Sequence record: ON528726
Length of the DNA stretch: 64,000 bases
Origin: Shigella phage ESh16
Direction: 5' to 3' (one strand)
Shown one piece after another: positions 46,252 to 56,596 of the stretch. The position numbers and the translations under genes were made by a program. A model generated the notes under the pieces. It saw only the letters and a program-made list of their open reading frames with translations. It ran no database searches and was not told the origin of the DNA. Numbering within the stretch: position 1 is the stretch's first letter; every line of letters starts with the position of its first letter.

Positions 46252-46934
46252 TGTTTGATTTTATTATAGATTTTGAAACAATGGGAAGCGGTGAAAAGGC
46301 AGCTGTTATTGATTTGGCTGTTATTGCCTTTGACCCTAATCCAGAAGTAGTTGAAACGTTTGATGAATTAGTTTCACGCGGCATTAAAATCAAGTTTGAT
46401 TTAAAAAGCCAAAAAGGACATCGTCTTTTTACTAAAAGCACTATCGAATGGTGGAAAAACCAATCTCCAGAAGCTCGAAAAAATATTGCACCATCAGATG
46501 AAGATGTAAGCACCATCGATGGTATTGCAAAATTTAATGATTACATCAATGCACATAACATCGATCCTTGGAAATCTCAAGGCTGGTGCCGTGGAATGTC
46601 GTTTGATTTTCCAATTTTAGTTGATCTCATTCGCGATATTCAACGTCTTAATGGCGTTTCCGAGAATGAGCTTGATACGTTTAAGTTAGAACCTTGTAAA
46701 TTCTGGAATCAACGTGATATTCGTACCAGAATTGAAGCACTTCTGCTTGTTCGTGATATGACTACATGTCCTCTTCCAAAGGGAACTTTAGATGGATTCG
46801 TTGCACATGATTCTATTCATGACTGTGCGAAAGACATCCTGATGATGAAGTATGCTTTGCGGTATGCTATGGGTCTTGAAGATGCTCCGTCAGAGGAAGA
46901 GTGCGATCCTCTATCTCTTCCAACAAAACGATAA
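46251..46934 (+). CDS. dexA: exonuclease A DexA, DEDD 3'-5' exonuclease (227 aa)
   Basis: MFDFIIDFETMGSGEKAAVIDLAVIAF as recalled for T4 DexA. Confidence 0.9.
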   Translation: MFDFIIDFETMGSGEKAAVIDLAVIAFDPNPEVVETFDELVSRGIKIKFDLKSQKGHRLFTKSTIEWWKNQSPEARKNIAPSDEDVSTIDGIAKFNDYINAHNIDPWKSQGWCRGMSFDFPILVDLIRDIQRLNGVSENELDTFKLEPCKFWNQRDIRTRIEALLLVRDMTTCPLPKGTLDGFVAHDSIHDCAKDILMMKYALRYAMGLEDAPSEEECDPLSLPTKR

Positions 46935-46940
46935 AAAGTT

Positions 46941-46973
46941 GTTTACTTCCTCGGTTAGTTGTGGTATTATAAC
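46941..46973 (+). promoter_or_regulatory. early promoter
   Basis: GTTTAC 46941-46946, GTGGTATTATAAC -10. Confidence 0.5.
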
Positions 46974-46997
46974 ACCATAGCTACTGAGGATAATAAA

Positions 46998-47498
46998 ATG
47001 AAAATTTATCGTGTTGAATCATCGTTTAGCATTCTTGATTATGAAGATGCTATAACAATGCGTCGAAATCTTTGTGTTCAAATAACACCATACAGGAGTA
47101 TAATAGATTCATGGAGCGAAGAGTGGCTATTACGTGTAGGTTATAGTAGACCTAATTTTATGCATCATAGTGATGATAATAAAAGAATTCCTTTACCACA
47201 CGAAGATAAACTATTAGTTAAAAACGCTAATATAGTAATTAATACTAAGTTCAAGAAAGATTATGTTGGAGTAGAATATCATATTCCTGGATGGTTTATA
47301 GCTCTTTATCATTTTGCTTTCGCTAGTGAATATGATATGATGAGATGGTTCACACGAGAAGAGCGTGAAGAATTATCTTCTAAAGGATTTTATCTTGCTG
47401 TATATGAAGTGCCAAATGACCAAGTTATCATTGGCGGGCACCAAGTAATGTTCCGCAAATCGCATGCTGAACTCGTAGATTTTATTGAAATGAGATAA
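46998..47498 (+). CDS. hypothetical protein (166 aa)
   Basis: ATG 46998 after SD GAGGATAA (track ORF starts upstream inside promoter). Confidence 0.4.
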   Translation: MKIYRVESSFSILDYEDAITMRRNLCVQITPYRSIIDSWSEEWLLRVGYSRPNFMHHSDDNKRIPLPHEDKLLVKNANIVINTKFKKDYVGVEYHIPGWFIALYHFAFASEYDMMRWFTREEREELSSKGFYLAVYEVPNDQVIIGGHQVMFRKSHAELVDFIEMR

Positions 47499-47500
47499 TT

Positions 47501-48040
47501 ATGAAATTTAATTATAATCCTGAATACACACCAAATCCGGTAGCTAAACTGATTGATTTTGATGTTGTAAGCACTTATGTATGCCCTGTTAAACCACTGG
47601 AAATTAAGGAACCTACTATGACTACCGCTATTGAAATCGGCAAAACCTACAAACTGGTTGAAACTGAAATTAAAACTACTGAACTAAGTTTGGGTTATAA
47701 AGCATTGACCAGTGTTTTGGGTGAAGGCGAGTTTGTGGTTAAAAGTTTTTCAAAAAGTAATTGGCATGATAAGAATAAAGCTTATGTGATTCGAGCACAA
47801 CGCTTAGATAATGATGAAGTAATTAAAACTATAGTCTTTGAAGCAGAGCTTATCCTCTTCCAAGAATGCGATCCTACTGACCTTCTAACTCGTGCTGTAG
47901 CTATCAAGACCCCATTTATTTCGGTCTGTGGTTGGGTAACAGACCAGTGGATTGAAGATGGTGTTGAACTTCTGAACGTTGTTCATGCAGGTGATTTTAG
48001 TGTAGTACCTCGTAGTGCAGTGGTAGCTATTTTGAATTAA
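47501..48040 (+). CDS. hypothetical protein, MotB-family paralogue (179 aa)
   Basis: C-terminal CGWVTDQWIEDGVELLNVV matches CAYITDQWVEDGVKLYNVV of the next ORF. Confidence 0.45.
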   Translation: MKFNYNPEYTPNPVAKLIDFDVVSTYVCPVKPLEIKEPTMTTAIEIGKTYKLVETEIKTTELSLGYKALTSVLGEGEFVVKSFSKSNWHDKNKAYVIRAQRLDNDEVIKTIVFEAELILFQECDPTDLLTRAVAIKTPFISVCGWVTDQWIEDGVELLNVVHAGDFSVVPRSAVVAILN

Positions 48041-48043
48041 TAG

Positions 48044-48072
48044 TTTACAAACTCTTGGGACCAGAGTATAAT
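48044..48072 (+). promoter_or_regulatory. early promoter
   Basis: GTTTAC 48044-48049, GAGTATAAT 48064-48072. Confidence 0.5.
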
Positions 48073-48116
48073 GGTCCTGTGGAGTATAAAATCTTTTTAA
48101 CAAGTGAGAGATAACT

Positions 48117-48605
48117 ATGATTATTAATATTGGTGAAATTGCTCGTGTATCTGATAAATCCCGTTCTAAAGCAGCAGGAAAATTGGTCGAAATTGTAAGC
48201 ATTCAGCTTAAACACGGCGTTAAAGATGAAGATTCTGAAGTAAAAGTGCGTATCATTCCTAAAGATGGAAAGTCTAAACCCCAGTTTGGCTATGTTCGTG
48301 CGAAATTTCTTGAGTCTGCGTTTTTGAAAGCTGTTCCTGCTAAAGGAATTGAAACGATTGATACTTCGCATGTAGGTGTAGACTTTAAGTGGAAACTCGG
48401 TCAGGCTATTAAGTTCATTGCTCCTTGTGAATTTAAATTTATCAAAGATGATGGTGCGGCTGTTTATACTCGTGCTATGTGCGCATACATTACCGATCAG
48501 TGGGTAGAAGACGGTGTTAAGCTGTATAATGTGGTATTTTTAGGAACATACAAAGTCATTCCTGAAAGCTGGATTAAACACTATAGCAAAGCTCTCTATG
48601 CATAA
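48117..48605 (+). CDS. motB: MotB-like protein (162 aa)
   Basis: Length equals T4 MotB as recalled; position between dexA and cef; identity by synteny. Confidence 0.45.
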   Translation: MIINIGEIARVSDKSRSKAAGKLVEIVSIQLKHGVKDEDSEVKVRIIPKDGKSKPQFGYVRAKFLESAFLKAVPAKGIETIDTSHVGVDFKWKLGQAIKFIAPCEFKFIKDDGAAVYTRAMCAYITDQWVEDGVKLYNVVFLGTYKVIPESWIKHYSKALYA

Positions 48606-48610
48606 AGTTT

Positions 48611-48702
48611 AAAATTTTTTCATAAAACTATATACATCAGTAGTTGATTATGGTACTATATCAATATCAACTACTGATACAGAAAACAACTTGGAGAATA
48701 AA
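48611..48702 (+). promoter_or_regulatory. degenerate promoter/leader cassette with 13-bp perfect inverted repeat flanking the -10 region
   Basis: ATCAGTAGTTGAT (48635-48647) and ATCAACTACTGAT (48665-48677) around TATGGTACTATATCAAT; leader ends TTGGAGAATAAAATG. Confidence 0.45.
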
Positions 48703-48777
48703 ATGGAAAATTTGCCAAAGGTGCTACTACTCTTCTGAAACACATCGCTCCAATGTTCAATTAATGAGGAAATTGTA

Positions 48778-48993
48778 ATGAAACGTAAAATTGTTCAAAA
48801 TTGCACCAGCGACGAATTTGAAGATGTATTATTCGATCCAGATTTGGTAGTAGTTCAAAAGGAACACACTGCTAAGTTTACTCACTTGACTTCGGTTTAT
48901 GTGTATGAAAAGGTTGGTGATAAACAACCAATTTACGGTGTATTCCGTGAAATCACTGAAGACGGTACAACTTACTGGAAGGAAATTTATTAA
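48778..48993 (+). CDS. cef: Cef-like protein (71 aa)
   Basis: Length and position before goF as in T4. Confidence 0.5.
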   Translation: MKRKIVQNCTSDEFEDVLFDPDLVVVQKEHTAKFTHLTSVYVYEKVGDKQPIYGVFREITEDGTTYWKEIY

Positions 48994-49412
48994 TGGCTAT
49001 TAGATTTGAAGTTAATAAATGGTATCAATTTAAAAATAAACAAGCTCAAGAAAATTTTATTAAAGACCATACTGATAACGGAATCTATGCGCGCCGTTTA
49101 GGTATGCATCCTTTTAAAATTTTAGATGCTGACCATCTTGGTCGTCCTACTAAAATTATGTCATTTACTGGCACAATTGGATATGCAAAACATGGTGATA
49201 TCCTTGATGAAAACTTTATCTGGCTTTCTACTAACGAAGCTGAGTTCTTTGATGAAGTTGAAAATCCATATCAGGCATCTGAAGAGCAAGAGCAGGAAGA
49301 GCAAGAACAAGTAGAAGATTTCACAGAATTCCCGGTCATGAAAGTTACTATTGAAAATAATGAACAGGCATGGTCCTTGTATCAGATGTTGAAAGCTCAC
49401 TTTAAGGAATAA
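48993..49412 (+). CDS. goF: GoF-like protein (139 aa)
   Basis: Size and position before gene 39 region; acidic [10 protein letters not shown] tract. Confidence 0.5.
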   Translation: MAIRFEVNKWYQFKNKQAQENFIKDHTDNGIYARRLGMHPFKILDADHLGRPTKIMSFTGTIGYAKHGDILDENFIWLSTNEAEFFDEVENPYQASEEQEQEEQEQVEDFTEFPVMKVTIENNEQAWSLYQMLKAHFKE

Positions 49413-49414
49413 TT

Positions 49415-49591
49415 ATGCCGCTTTATGATTATAAATGCCAATCCAAAGACTGTGCAAAAGAATACGAAAAAATCAAGAAAATTTCTGAAAGGGATACTGA
49501 TGTATGTCCTGATTGTCATCGGATTGCTATTCGGTTAGTTTCCGCTCCTAAGCATGTGAATGGTGGATTTTACGACTTACTTAAAGGGTAA
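49415..49591 (+). CDS. small zinc-ribbon protein (58 aa)
   Basis: MPLYDYKCQSKDC...CPDCH two CxxC pairs; below track threshold. Confidence 0.35.
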   Translation: MPLYDYKCQSKDCAKEYEKIKKISERDTDVCPDCHRIAIRLVSAPKHVNGGFYDLLKG

Positions 49592-49593
49592 TT

Positions 49594-49965
49594 ATGTTTA
49601 AAATTGGTAAGAAATATCGCATTCGCGAAGGTGAAGAAAAGAAATATCTACTTTCTTCTATTTATAGGAATGGTTCTATTAATGCCGTAATATCTACAAG
49701 CGAATTTATCGTTGAAGATATGAAAGGTAATAATGTTACAATGATTAGTACAGCATCTGGAAATGATGGAAAAATTCTTCACAGTTTTCAGAGTAATGTT
49801 CTAATTTATGATGAAGAATTTGACTTCTTCGAAGAAGTTCCCGAAGGTTTTGATTTTGAATGTACTATCACTATGAAATCTGGTGACCCTCTTTCTTTTA
49901 CAGTTAAAGATGAAAGAAGTCGCTTGAGAATTATTAGTCTTCTTCAAGCCATTAAATTTGAGTGA
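49594..49965 (+). CDS. hypothetical protein (123 aa)
   Basis: ORF in track. Confidence 0.4.
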   Translation: MFKIGKKYRIREGEEKKYLLSSIYRNGSINAVISTSEFIVEDMKGNNVTMISTASGNDGKILHSFQSNVLIYDEEFDFFEEVPEGFDFECTITMKSGDPLSFTVKDERSRLRIISLLQAIKFE

Positions 49966-49970
49966 AAATT

Positions 49971-50231
49971 ATGAAATATATTAATCGTTCTATCGCAGCA
50001 TTAGTATTAGCAGTGTCTTTAGCAGGATGTACTGATGCTGATAATGCAACCAAAGTTTTGTCTTCAAGTGGTTTTACTAATATTGAAATCACTGGATATA
50101 ACTGGTTCGGTTGCTCTGAAAATGATTTCCAACATACTGGATTTCGTGCTATTGGACCTACCGGGCAGAAAGTAGAAGGAACCGTATGTTCTGGTCTATT
50201 CTTCAAGGATTCGACTATCCGTTTTAAATAA
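49971..50231 (+). CDS. predicted lipoprotein (86 aa)
   Basis: Signal peptide with lipobox LAGC (MKYINRSIAALVLAVSLAGC). Confidence 0.45.
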   Translation: MKYINRSIAALVLAVSLAGCTDADNATKVLSSSGFTNIEITGYNWFGCSENDFQHTGFRAIGPTGQKVEGTVCSGLFFKDSTIRFK

Positions 50232-50233
50232 AA

Positions 50234-50248
50234 GGCCTTCGGGCCTTT
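50234..50248 (+). terminator. UUCG-loop hairpin GGCC-TTCG-GGCC
   Basis: AAGGCCTTCGGGCCTTT. Confidence 0.5.
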
Positions 50249-50300
50249 AGCTTTATGATTACCGGAGTATAATATTCCCGAAACCAAACGAGGATAAGTG

Positions 50301-52118
50301 ATGATTAAGAATGAAATTAAAATTCTGAGCGATATTGAACATATCAAAAAGCGTAGCGGCATGTACATTGGTTCTTCTGCTAATGAAATGCATGAGCGCT
50401 TTCTGTTTGGTAAATGGGAAAGTGTTCAGTATGTACCTGGTCTTGTTAAGCTTATTGATGAAATTATCGATAACTCAGTAGATGAAGGTATTCGTACTAA
50501 GTTTAAATTCGCAAATAAAATTAATGTTACTATCAAAAACAACCAAGTAACAGTTGAAGATAACGGTCGTGGTATTCCACAGGCAATGGTTAAAACACCT
50601 ACCGGTGAAGAAATTCCTGGTCCTGTTGCTGCCTGGACTATTCCAAAAGCAGGTGGTAACTTCGGTGATGATAAAGAACGTGTCACTGGCGGTATGAACG
50701 GTGTTGGTTCTAGTTTAACTAACATTTTTTCTGTGATGTTTGTCGGTGAAACTGGCGACGGTCAAAATAATATTGTAGTTCGTTGTTCAAATGGCATGGA
50801 AAATAAATCATGGGAAACTATTCCTGGAAAATGGAAAGGAACTCGTGTTACTTTCATTCCTGATTTTATGTCATTTGAAACTAATGAGCTATCTCAGGTT
50901 TATCTTGACATTACACTAGATCGTCTCCAGACACTTGCAGTAGTTTATCCTGATATTCAATTTACCTTTAACGGTAAAAAGGTTCAGGGTAATTTTAAGA
51001 AATATGCACGCCAATATGATGAGCATGCTATTGTTCAAGAACAAGAAAATTGTTCTATTGCGGTTGGTCGTTCACCGGATGGTTTTCGTCAATTAACATA
51101 CGTTAATAACATTCATACTAAGAATGGTGGTCATCACATTGACTGTGTTATGGATGATATTTGTGAAGACCTTATTCCACAAATCAAACGTAAGTTCAAA
51201 ATTGATGTAACTAAAGCACGTGTTAAAGAATGTTTGACTATCGTTATGTTTGTTCGTGATATGAAAAACATGCGATTTGATTCTCAGACTAAAGAGCGTT
51301 TGACTTCTCCATTTGGTGAAATTCGTAGTCATATTCAGCTTGATGCTAAAAAGATTTCACGCGCTATTTTAAACAATGAAGCAATTTTAATGCCAATTAT
51401 TGAAGCTGCCTTGGCTCGTAAATTGGCGGCAGAAAAAGCAGCAGAAACTAAAGCAGCTAAAAAGGCTTCTAAAGCTAAGGTTCATAAACATATTAAAGCG
51501 AATCTTTGCGGTAAAGACGCTGACACTACTCTTTTCTTGACTGAGGGTGATTCTGCTATCGGATATCTTATTGATGTTCGTGATAAAGAACTTCATGGCG
51601 GTTATCCATTACGTGGTAAAGTTCTCAACAGTTGGGGTATGTCATATGCTGATATGCTTAAAAACAAAGAACTGTTTGATATTTGCGCAATCACTGGATT
51701 AGTTCTTGGTGAAAAAGCCGAAAACTTGAATTATCATAATATTGCTATTATGACCGATGCTGACCATGATGGTCTAGGAAGCATTTATCCTTCTCTGCTC
51801 GGATTTTTTAGTAATTGGCCAGAACTGTTTGAACAAGGAAGAATTCGCTTCGTCAAAACTCCTGTAATCATCGCTCAGGTCGGTAAAAAACAAGAATGGT
51901 TTTATACAGTCGCTGAATATGAGAGTGCCAAGGATGCTCTACCTAAACATAGCATCCGTTATATTAAGGGACTTGGCTCTTTGGAAAAATCTGAATATCG
52001 TGAGATGATTCAAAACCCAGTATATGATGTTGTTAAACTTCCTGAGAATTGGAAAGAGCTTTTTGAAATGCTCATGGGAGATAATGCTGACCTTCGTAAA
52101 GAATGGATGAGCCAATAG
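50301..52118 (+). CDS. 39: DNA topoisomerase II large subunit gp39, unsplit (605 aa)
   Basis: GHKL ATPase N-terminus plus TOPRIM (LTEGDSA, DADHDG) in one ORF, i.e. T4 gp39 and gp60 parts contiguous. Confidence 0.93.
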   Translation: MIKNEIKILSDIEHIKKRSGMYIGSSANEMHERFLFGKWESVQYVPGLVKLIDEIIDNSVDEGIRTKFKFANKINVTIKNNQVTVEDNGRGIPQAMVKTPTGEEIPGPVAAWTIPKAGGNFGDDKERVTGGMNGVGSSLTNIFSVMFVGETGDGQNNIVVRCSNGMENKSWETIPGKWKGTRVTFIPDFMSFETNELSQVYLDITLDRLQTLAVVYPDIQFTFNGKKVQGNFKKYARQYDEHAIVQEQENCSIAVGRSPDGFRQLTYVNNIHTKNGGHHIDCVMDDICEDLIPQIKRKFKIDVTKARVKECLTIVMFVRDMKNMRFDSQTKERLTSPFGEIRSHIQLDAKKISRAILNNEAILMPIIEAALARKLAAEKAAETKAAKKASKAKVHKHIKANLCGKDADTTLFLTEGDSAIGYLIDVRDKELHGGYPLRGKVLNSWGMSYADMLKNKELFDICAITGLVLGEKAENLNYHNIAIMTDADHDGLGSIYPSLLGFFSNWPELFEQGRIRFVKTPVIIAQVGKKQEWFYTVAEYESAKDALPKHSIRYIKGLGSLEKSEYREMIQNPVYDVVKLPENWKELFEMLMGDNADLRKEWMSQ

Positions 52119-52147
52119 TTTACTTTACCACAAGGATGTGGTATAAT
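52118..52147 (+). promoter_or_regulatory. early promoter (GTTTAC, TATAAT), near-identical to 7898-7927
   Basis: GTTTACTTTACCACAAGGATGTGGTATAAT. Confidence 0.6.
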
Positions 52148-52172
52148 TAATTGGGCAAATGAGGATATTGAA

Positions 52173-52376
52173 ATGAAATCATATAAAGTAAATTTAGAAC
52201 TTTTTGATAAAGCAGTTCATCGAGAATATAGAATCATTCAACGCTTTTTCGATATGGGAGAAGCTGAAGAGTTTAAAAACCGCTTTAAGGATATTAGAGA
52301 TAAAATTCAATCCGACACTGCAACTAAAGATGAACTACTAGAAGTTGCTGAAGTTATTAAACGCAATATGAATTAA
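52173..52376 (+). CDS. hypothetical protein (67 aa), rIIA.1 position
   Basis: ORF between gene 39 and rIIA. Confidence 0.4.
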   Translation: MKSYKVNLELFDKAVHREYRIIQRFFDMGEAEEFKNRFKDIRDKIQSDTATKDELLEVAEVIKRNMN

Positions 52377-52386
52377 TGAGGAAATT

Positions 52387-54564
52387 ATGATTATCACCAC
52401 TGAAAAAGAAACAATTCTTGGTAATGGTTCTAAATCAAAAGCATTTAGCATCACAGCATCTCCTAAAGTATTCAAAATTCTGTCATCTGATTTGTATACA
52501 AACAAGATTCGCGCAGTAGTCCGTGAATTGATTACCAACATGATTGATGCCCATGCTCTCAATGGAAATCCTGAAAAATTTATCATTCAAGTTCCAGGAC
52601 GATTAGATCCGCGATTTGTTTGTCGAGATTTTGGTCCAGGTATGAGCGATTTTGATATTCAGGGTGATGATAATTCTCCTGGATTGTATAATTCATACTT
52701 CAGTTCATCTAAGGCTGAATCTAACGATTTCATTGGCGGATTTGGTTTAGGTTCTAAATCTCCGTTTAGCTATACTGATACGTTTAGTATCACTTCATAT
52801 CATAAAGGTGAAATTCGTGGTTATGTAGCTTACATGGATGGTGATGGTCCGCAGATTAAACCTACGTTCGTAAAAGAAATGGGTCCAGACGATAAAACTG
52901 GTATTGAAATCGTAGTTCCAGTTGAAGAAAAGGACTTTAGAAACTTTGCTTATGAAGTTTCTTATATCATGCGACCATTCAAAGATTTGGCTATCATTAA
53001 TGGTCTTGACCGTGAAATTGATTATTTTCCGGATTTTGATGACTATTACGGTGTAAATCCAGAAAGATATTGGCCAGATCGTGGTGGATTGTATGCTATC
53101 TATGGTGGTATTGTTTATCCTATCGATGGTGTTATTAGAGACCGTAACTGGTTAAGCATCCGTAATGAAGTGAATTACATTAAGTTTCCAATGGGTTCAC
53201 TTGATATTGCTCCATCACGCGAAGCTCTTTCATTAGATGATCGTACTCGTAAAAATATTATTGAGCGTGTTAAAGAGCTTAGTGAGAAGGCATTCAATGA
53301 AGATGTAAAACGATTTAAAGAATCTACATCTCCTCGTCATACATACCGTGAATTGATGAAGATGGGATATTCTGCTCGAGATTATATGATTAGTAATTCA
53401 GTCAAATTTACGACTAAAAATCTGTCATATAAGAAGATGCAAAGCATGTTTGAACCAGATAGTAAGCTATGCAATGCAGGAGTTGTGTATGAAGTAAATC
53501 TTGACCCTCGACTGAAACGCATTAAGCAAAGTCATGAAACTTCAGCCGTTGCATCAAGTTATCGTCTGTTCGGTATTAATACAACAAAAATTAATATCGT
53601 TATTGATAATATTAAAAATCGCGTTAATATTGTCCGTGGATTAGCGCATGCGTTAGATGATAAAGAATTTAATAACACTTTGAATATTCATCATAATGAG
53701 CGTCTTTTGTTTATTAATCCGGAAGTAGAATCGCAGATTGATTTACTCCCTGATATTATGGCAATGTTTGAAAGTGATGAAGTTAACATTCATTATTTGT
53801 CAGAAATTGAAGCTTTAGTTAAAAGTTATATTCCGAAGGCAGTTAAAAGTAAAGCTCCTCGTCCTAAAGCTGCTACTGCGTTTAAGTTTGAAATTAAAGA
53901 CGGGCGCTGGGAAAAAGAGGAACTGTTTACACTTACGTCAGAAGCAGATGAAATTACTGGTTATGTAGCATACATGCATCGTTCTGATATTTTCTCTATG
54001 GATGGTACTACATCGCTCTGTAATCCGTCTACGAGTATTTTGACTCGTATGGCTAATCTTATTGGCATTAATGAATTTTATGTTATTCGTCCACTTTTGC
54101 AGAAAAAGGTAAAAGAACTTGGTCAGTGCCAATGTATTTTTGAAACTCTACGTGATTTATATGTAGATGCTTTTGATGATGTAGATTATGATAAGTATGT
54201 AGGTTATTCAAGTTCAGCTAAACGATATATTGATAAAATTATCAAGTATCCTGAGTTAGATTTTATGATGAAGTACTTCAGTGTAGATGAAGTTTCCGAA
54301 GAATATACACGACTCGCTAATATGGTTAGTTCATTACAGGGTGTATATTTCAACGGTGGAAAAGATACCATCGGTCATGACATCTGGACAGTAACTAATC
54401 TTTTTGATGTATTATCAAACAATGCTTCAAAAAACAGTGATAAAATGGTTACTGAGTTTACTAAGAAATTCCGTATTGTTTCCGACTTCATCGGTTATCG
54501 CAACTCTTTAAGTGATGATGAAGTTTCCCAAATCGCTAAAACTATGAAGGCCCTTGCGGCCTAA
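52387..54564 (+). CDS. rIIA: rIIA protein (725 aa)
   Basis: 725 aa with GHKL-like N-terminus; followed by rIIB. Confidence 0.95.
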   Translation: MIITTEKETILGNGSKSKAFSITASPKVFKILSSDLYTNKIRAVVRELITNMIDAHALNGNPEKFIIQVPGRLDPRFVCRDFGPGMSDFDIQGDDNSPGLYNSYFSSSKAESNDFIGGFGLGSKSPFSYTDTFSITSYHKGEIRGYVAYMDGDGPQIKPTFVKEMGPDDKTGIEIVVPVEEKDFRNFAYEVSYIMRPFKDLAIINGLDREIDYFPDFDDYYGVNPERYWPDRGGLYAIYGGIVYPIDGVIRDRNWLSIRNEVNYIKFPMGSLDIAPSREALSLDDRTRKNIIERVKELSEKAFNEDVKRFKESTSPRHTYRELMKMGYSARDYMISNSVKFTTKNLSYKKMQSMFEPDSKLCNAGVVYEVNLDPRLKRIKQSHETSAVASSYRLFGINTTKINIVIDNIKNRVNIVRGLAHALDDKEFNNTLNIHHNERLLFINPEVESQIDLLPDIMAMFESDEVNIHYLSEIEALVKSYIPKAVKSKAPRPKAATAFKFEIKDGRWEKEELFTLTSEADEITGYVAYMHRSDIFSMDGTTSLCNPSTSILTRMANLIGINEFYVIRPLLQKKVKELGQCQCIFETLRDLYVDAFDDVDYDKYVGYSSSAKRYIDKIIKYPELDFMMKYFSVDEVSEEYTRLANMVSSLQGVYFNGGKDTIGHDIWTVTNLFDVLSNNASKNSDKMVTEFTKKFRIVSDFIGYRNSLSDDEVSQIAKTMKALAA

Positions 54565-54575
54565 TAAGGAAAATT

Positions 54576-55514
54576 ATGTACAATATTAAATGCCTGACCA
54601 AAAACGAACAATCTGAAATTGTCAAACTGTATTCAAGTGGTAATTACACCCAACAGGAATTGGCTGATTGGCAAGGTGTATCGGTGGACACAATCCGTCG
54701 TGTTTTGAAAAATGCTGAAGAAGCTGAGCGCTCCAAAGTTACTATTAGCGGTGATATTACAGTTAAAGTTAATAGCGATGCAGTTATTGCTCCAGTTGCT
54801 AAATCTGACATTATTTGGAATGCATCTAAAAAATTCATTTCAATTACTGTTGACGGTGTAACTTATAACGCAACTCCTAATACTCATTCAAACTTCCAGG
54901 AAATTCTTAATCTGCTTGTTGCAGATAAATTGGAAGAAGCGGCACAAAAAATTAATGTTCGCCGCGCTGTTGAAAAATATATTTCCGGTGATGTTCGAAT
55001 TGAAGGTGGAAGCTTGTTCTATCAAAATATTGAATTGCGGTCTGGTTTAGTTGATCGTATTCTCGATTCGATGGAAAAAGGTGAAAACTTTGAATTTTAT
55101 TTTCCGTTCTTGGAAAATCTGTTGGAAAACCCGAGCCAAAAAGCGGTATCTCGACTCTTTGATTTCTTGGTAGCAAACGATATTGAAATTACAGAAGATG
55201 GTTACTTCTATGCTTGGAAAGTAGTTCGCAGTAATTACTTTGACTGCCATTCAAATACTTTTGATAACAGTCCTGGTAAAGTAGTTAAAATGCCACGCAC
55301 TCGTGTGAATGACGATGATACACAAACTTGTTCTCGTGGTCTGCATGTGTGTTCTAAATCTTATATTCGTCACTTTGGCAGTTCAACCAGTCGAGTTGTA
55401 AAAGTTAAAGTACATCCTCGCGATGTAGTATCAATTCCGATTGATTACAATGATGCTAAAATGCGTACCTGCCAATACGAAGTAGTTGAAGACGTTACTG
55501 AACAATTTAAATAA
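54576..55514 (+). CDS. rIIB: rIIB protein (312 aa)
   Basis: Initiation region AAGGAAAATTATGTACAATATTAAATGC and MYNIKCLTKNEQ N-terminus as recalled for T4 rIIB; 312 aa. Confidence 0.95.
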   Translation: MYNIKCLTKNEQSEIVKLYSSGNYTQQELADWQGVSVDTIRRVLKNAEEAERSKVTISGDITVKVNSDAVIAPVAKSDIIWNASKKFISITVDGVTYNATPNTHSNFQEILNLLVADKLEEAAQKINVRRAVEKYISGDVRIEGGSLFYQNIELRSGLVDRILDSMEKGENFEFYFPFLENLLENPSQKAVSRLFDFLVANDIEITEDGYFYAWKVVRSNYFDCHSNTFDNSPGKVVKMPRTRVNDDDTQTCSRGLHVCSKSYIRHFGSSTSRVVKVKVHPRDVVSIPIDYNDAKMRTCQYEVVEDVTEQFK

Positions 55515-55528
55515 GGGCTTCGGCCCTT
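55515..55528 (+). terminator. UUCG-loop hairpin GGGC-TTCG-GCCC
   Basis: AAGGGCTTCGGCCCTT after rIIB. Confidence 0.5.
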
Positions 55529-55542
55529 AACTAAGGAAAATT

Positions 55543-55737
55543 ATGTTAGGTTATCAAGCACGAGTAAAAGAAGAATACGATCAATTAATGCTCAAAATTA
55601 ATGCACTGAGCAAATTTTTAGAAAGCACAAAGTTTCTAACGATTAATGAAGTTGAGCAAGAATTACTGCTTTCACAGTTCATCTCAATGAAATCTTACGC
55701 AGATTGTTTAGAAAAAAGAATTGCACAATTCAAATAA
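55543..55737 (+). CDS. hypothetical protein (64 aa)
   Basis: ORF between two terminator hairpins. Confidence 0.35.
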   Translation: MLGYQARVKEEYDQLMLKINALSKFLESTKFLTINEVEQELLLSQFISMKSYADCLEKRIAQFK

Positions 55738-55742
55738 AATAA

Positions 55743-55762
55743 GGGGCTTCGGCCCTTTTGTT
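55743..55762 (+). terminator. rho-independent terminator (GGGGC-TTCG-GCCC plus T-run)
   Basis: AAGGGGCTTCGGCCCTTTTGTTTT. Confidence 0.6.
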
Positions 55763-55775
55763 TTAAGGAAAAATT

Positions 55776-56105
55776 ATGATTTATTGTATGAATATCGGTG
55801 ATTCCGACATAAAAGAGATTAAACTGCACGGAAATCATCATGCTAATATTGTGTACTGCAATAAATTTGAGTTTGGTCACGAAAAACTTGGGTTTCTTTA
55901 CTGCAATGATATTATAGTCATGGATAAAAAGGAACTCGATGAACTTGACCGTGAGTCTTTAGATGAAAATGACCGAATTTATTACGGCACTCTTAAAGTA
56001 TATAACGCTTATCTCAGCGGTAAAAAGGAAAGTCTAAATGCAGAAAACGAATCCGGGTTTACAGAGACTATTTCAGATTCCGACATTTACCCTATCGAAC
56101 AGTGA
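55776..56105 (+). CDS. hypothetical protein (109 aa)
   Basis: ORF; overlaps denB start by 68 nt. Confidence 0.3.
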   Translation: MIYCMNIGDSDIKEIKLHGNHHANIVYCNKFEFGHEKLGFLYCNDIIVMDKKELDELDRESLDENDRIYYGTLKVYNAYLSGKKESLNAENESGFTETISDSDIYPIEQ

Positions 56106-56595
56106 CTTGACTAGTGAAATGAAGGTCAAAATTGCTGATACAGCAAGATACTCTTTAAAACAAAATCCTAATCAGGATAAAGCAGAAGTTATCGAAAGAT
56201 GCCGTATCGCGGTGTACGCAGAGTTTTTTGTAGCAGATTGGCTAAGCGGGCATGTTAACAAAGGCCAAGAGGATGTTAATGACCCGTATACATACGCATG
56301 GGATGTATTAGCGCATCCAAGATATTGCGGGCTTCGTGTAGAAGTTAAGACACATCAAACTGACTCGCGTTGGATTTCTGTAACAACAGGATGCAGCGGA
56401 GAGTATCCATATGGTTCTGGAATAAATCTAGGGCCCATTCTGAATCATCAGGTCGCTGACTGTATAATTATATTCAACACTAAAGAAATTCATCCAGGTG
56501 TCATCCAGTATACTCCGAAGTTCATCGGTGATAGAGAAGACCTTCGTAAGGTTGTAAGAAAAAGCAACTACAACGGATGGTATCTTTCCATTTAA
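56038..56595 (+). CDS. denB: endonuclease IV DenB (185 aa)
   Basis: Length 185 aa and position after rIIB as in T4; sequence not independently recognised. Confidence 0.6.
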   Translation: MQKTNPGLQRLFQIPTFTLSNSDLTSEMKVKIADTARYSLKQNPNQDKAEVIERCRIAVYAEFFVADWLSGHVNKGQEDVNDPYTYAWDVLAHPRYCGLRVEVKTHQTDSRWISVTTGCSGEYPYGSGINLGPILNHQVADCIIIFNTKEIHPGVIQYTPKFIGDREDLRKVVRKSNYNGWYLSI

Positions 56596-56596
56596 A

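Noticed and set aside
49126-49314. 62-aa + strand ORF inside goF, and the [10 protein letters not shown] tract
   Set aside because: Alternative frame of a low-complexity acidic tract within a larger ORF; likely non-coding frame
50301-52118. Gene 60 translational bypass element or intron within topoisomerase gene
   Set aside because: The ORF is continuous across the region corresponding to the T4 39/60 junction; no stop followed by hairpin and resume codon
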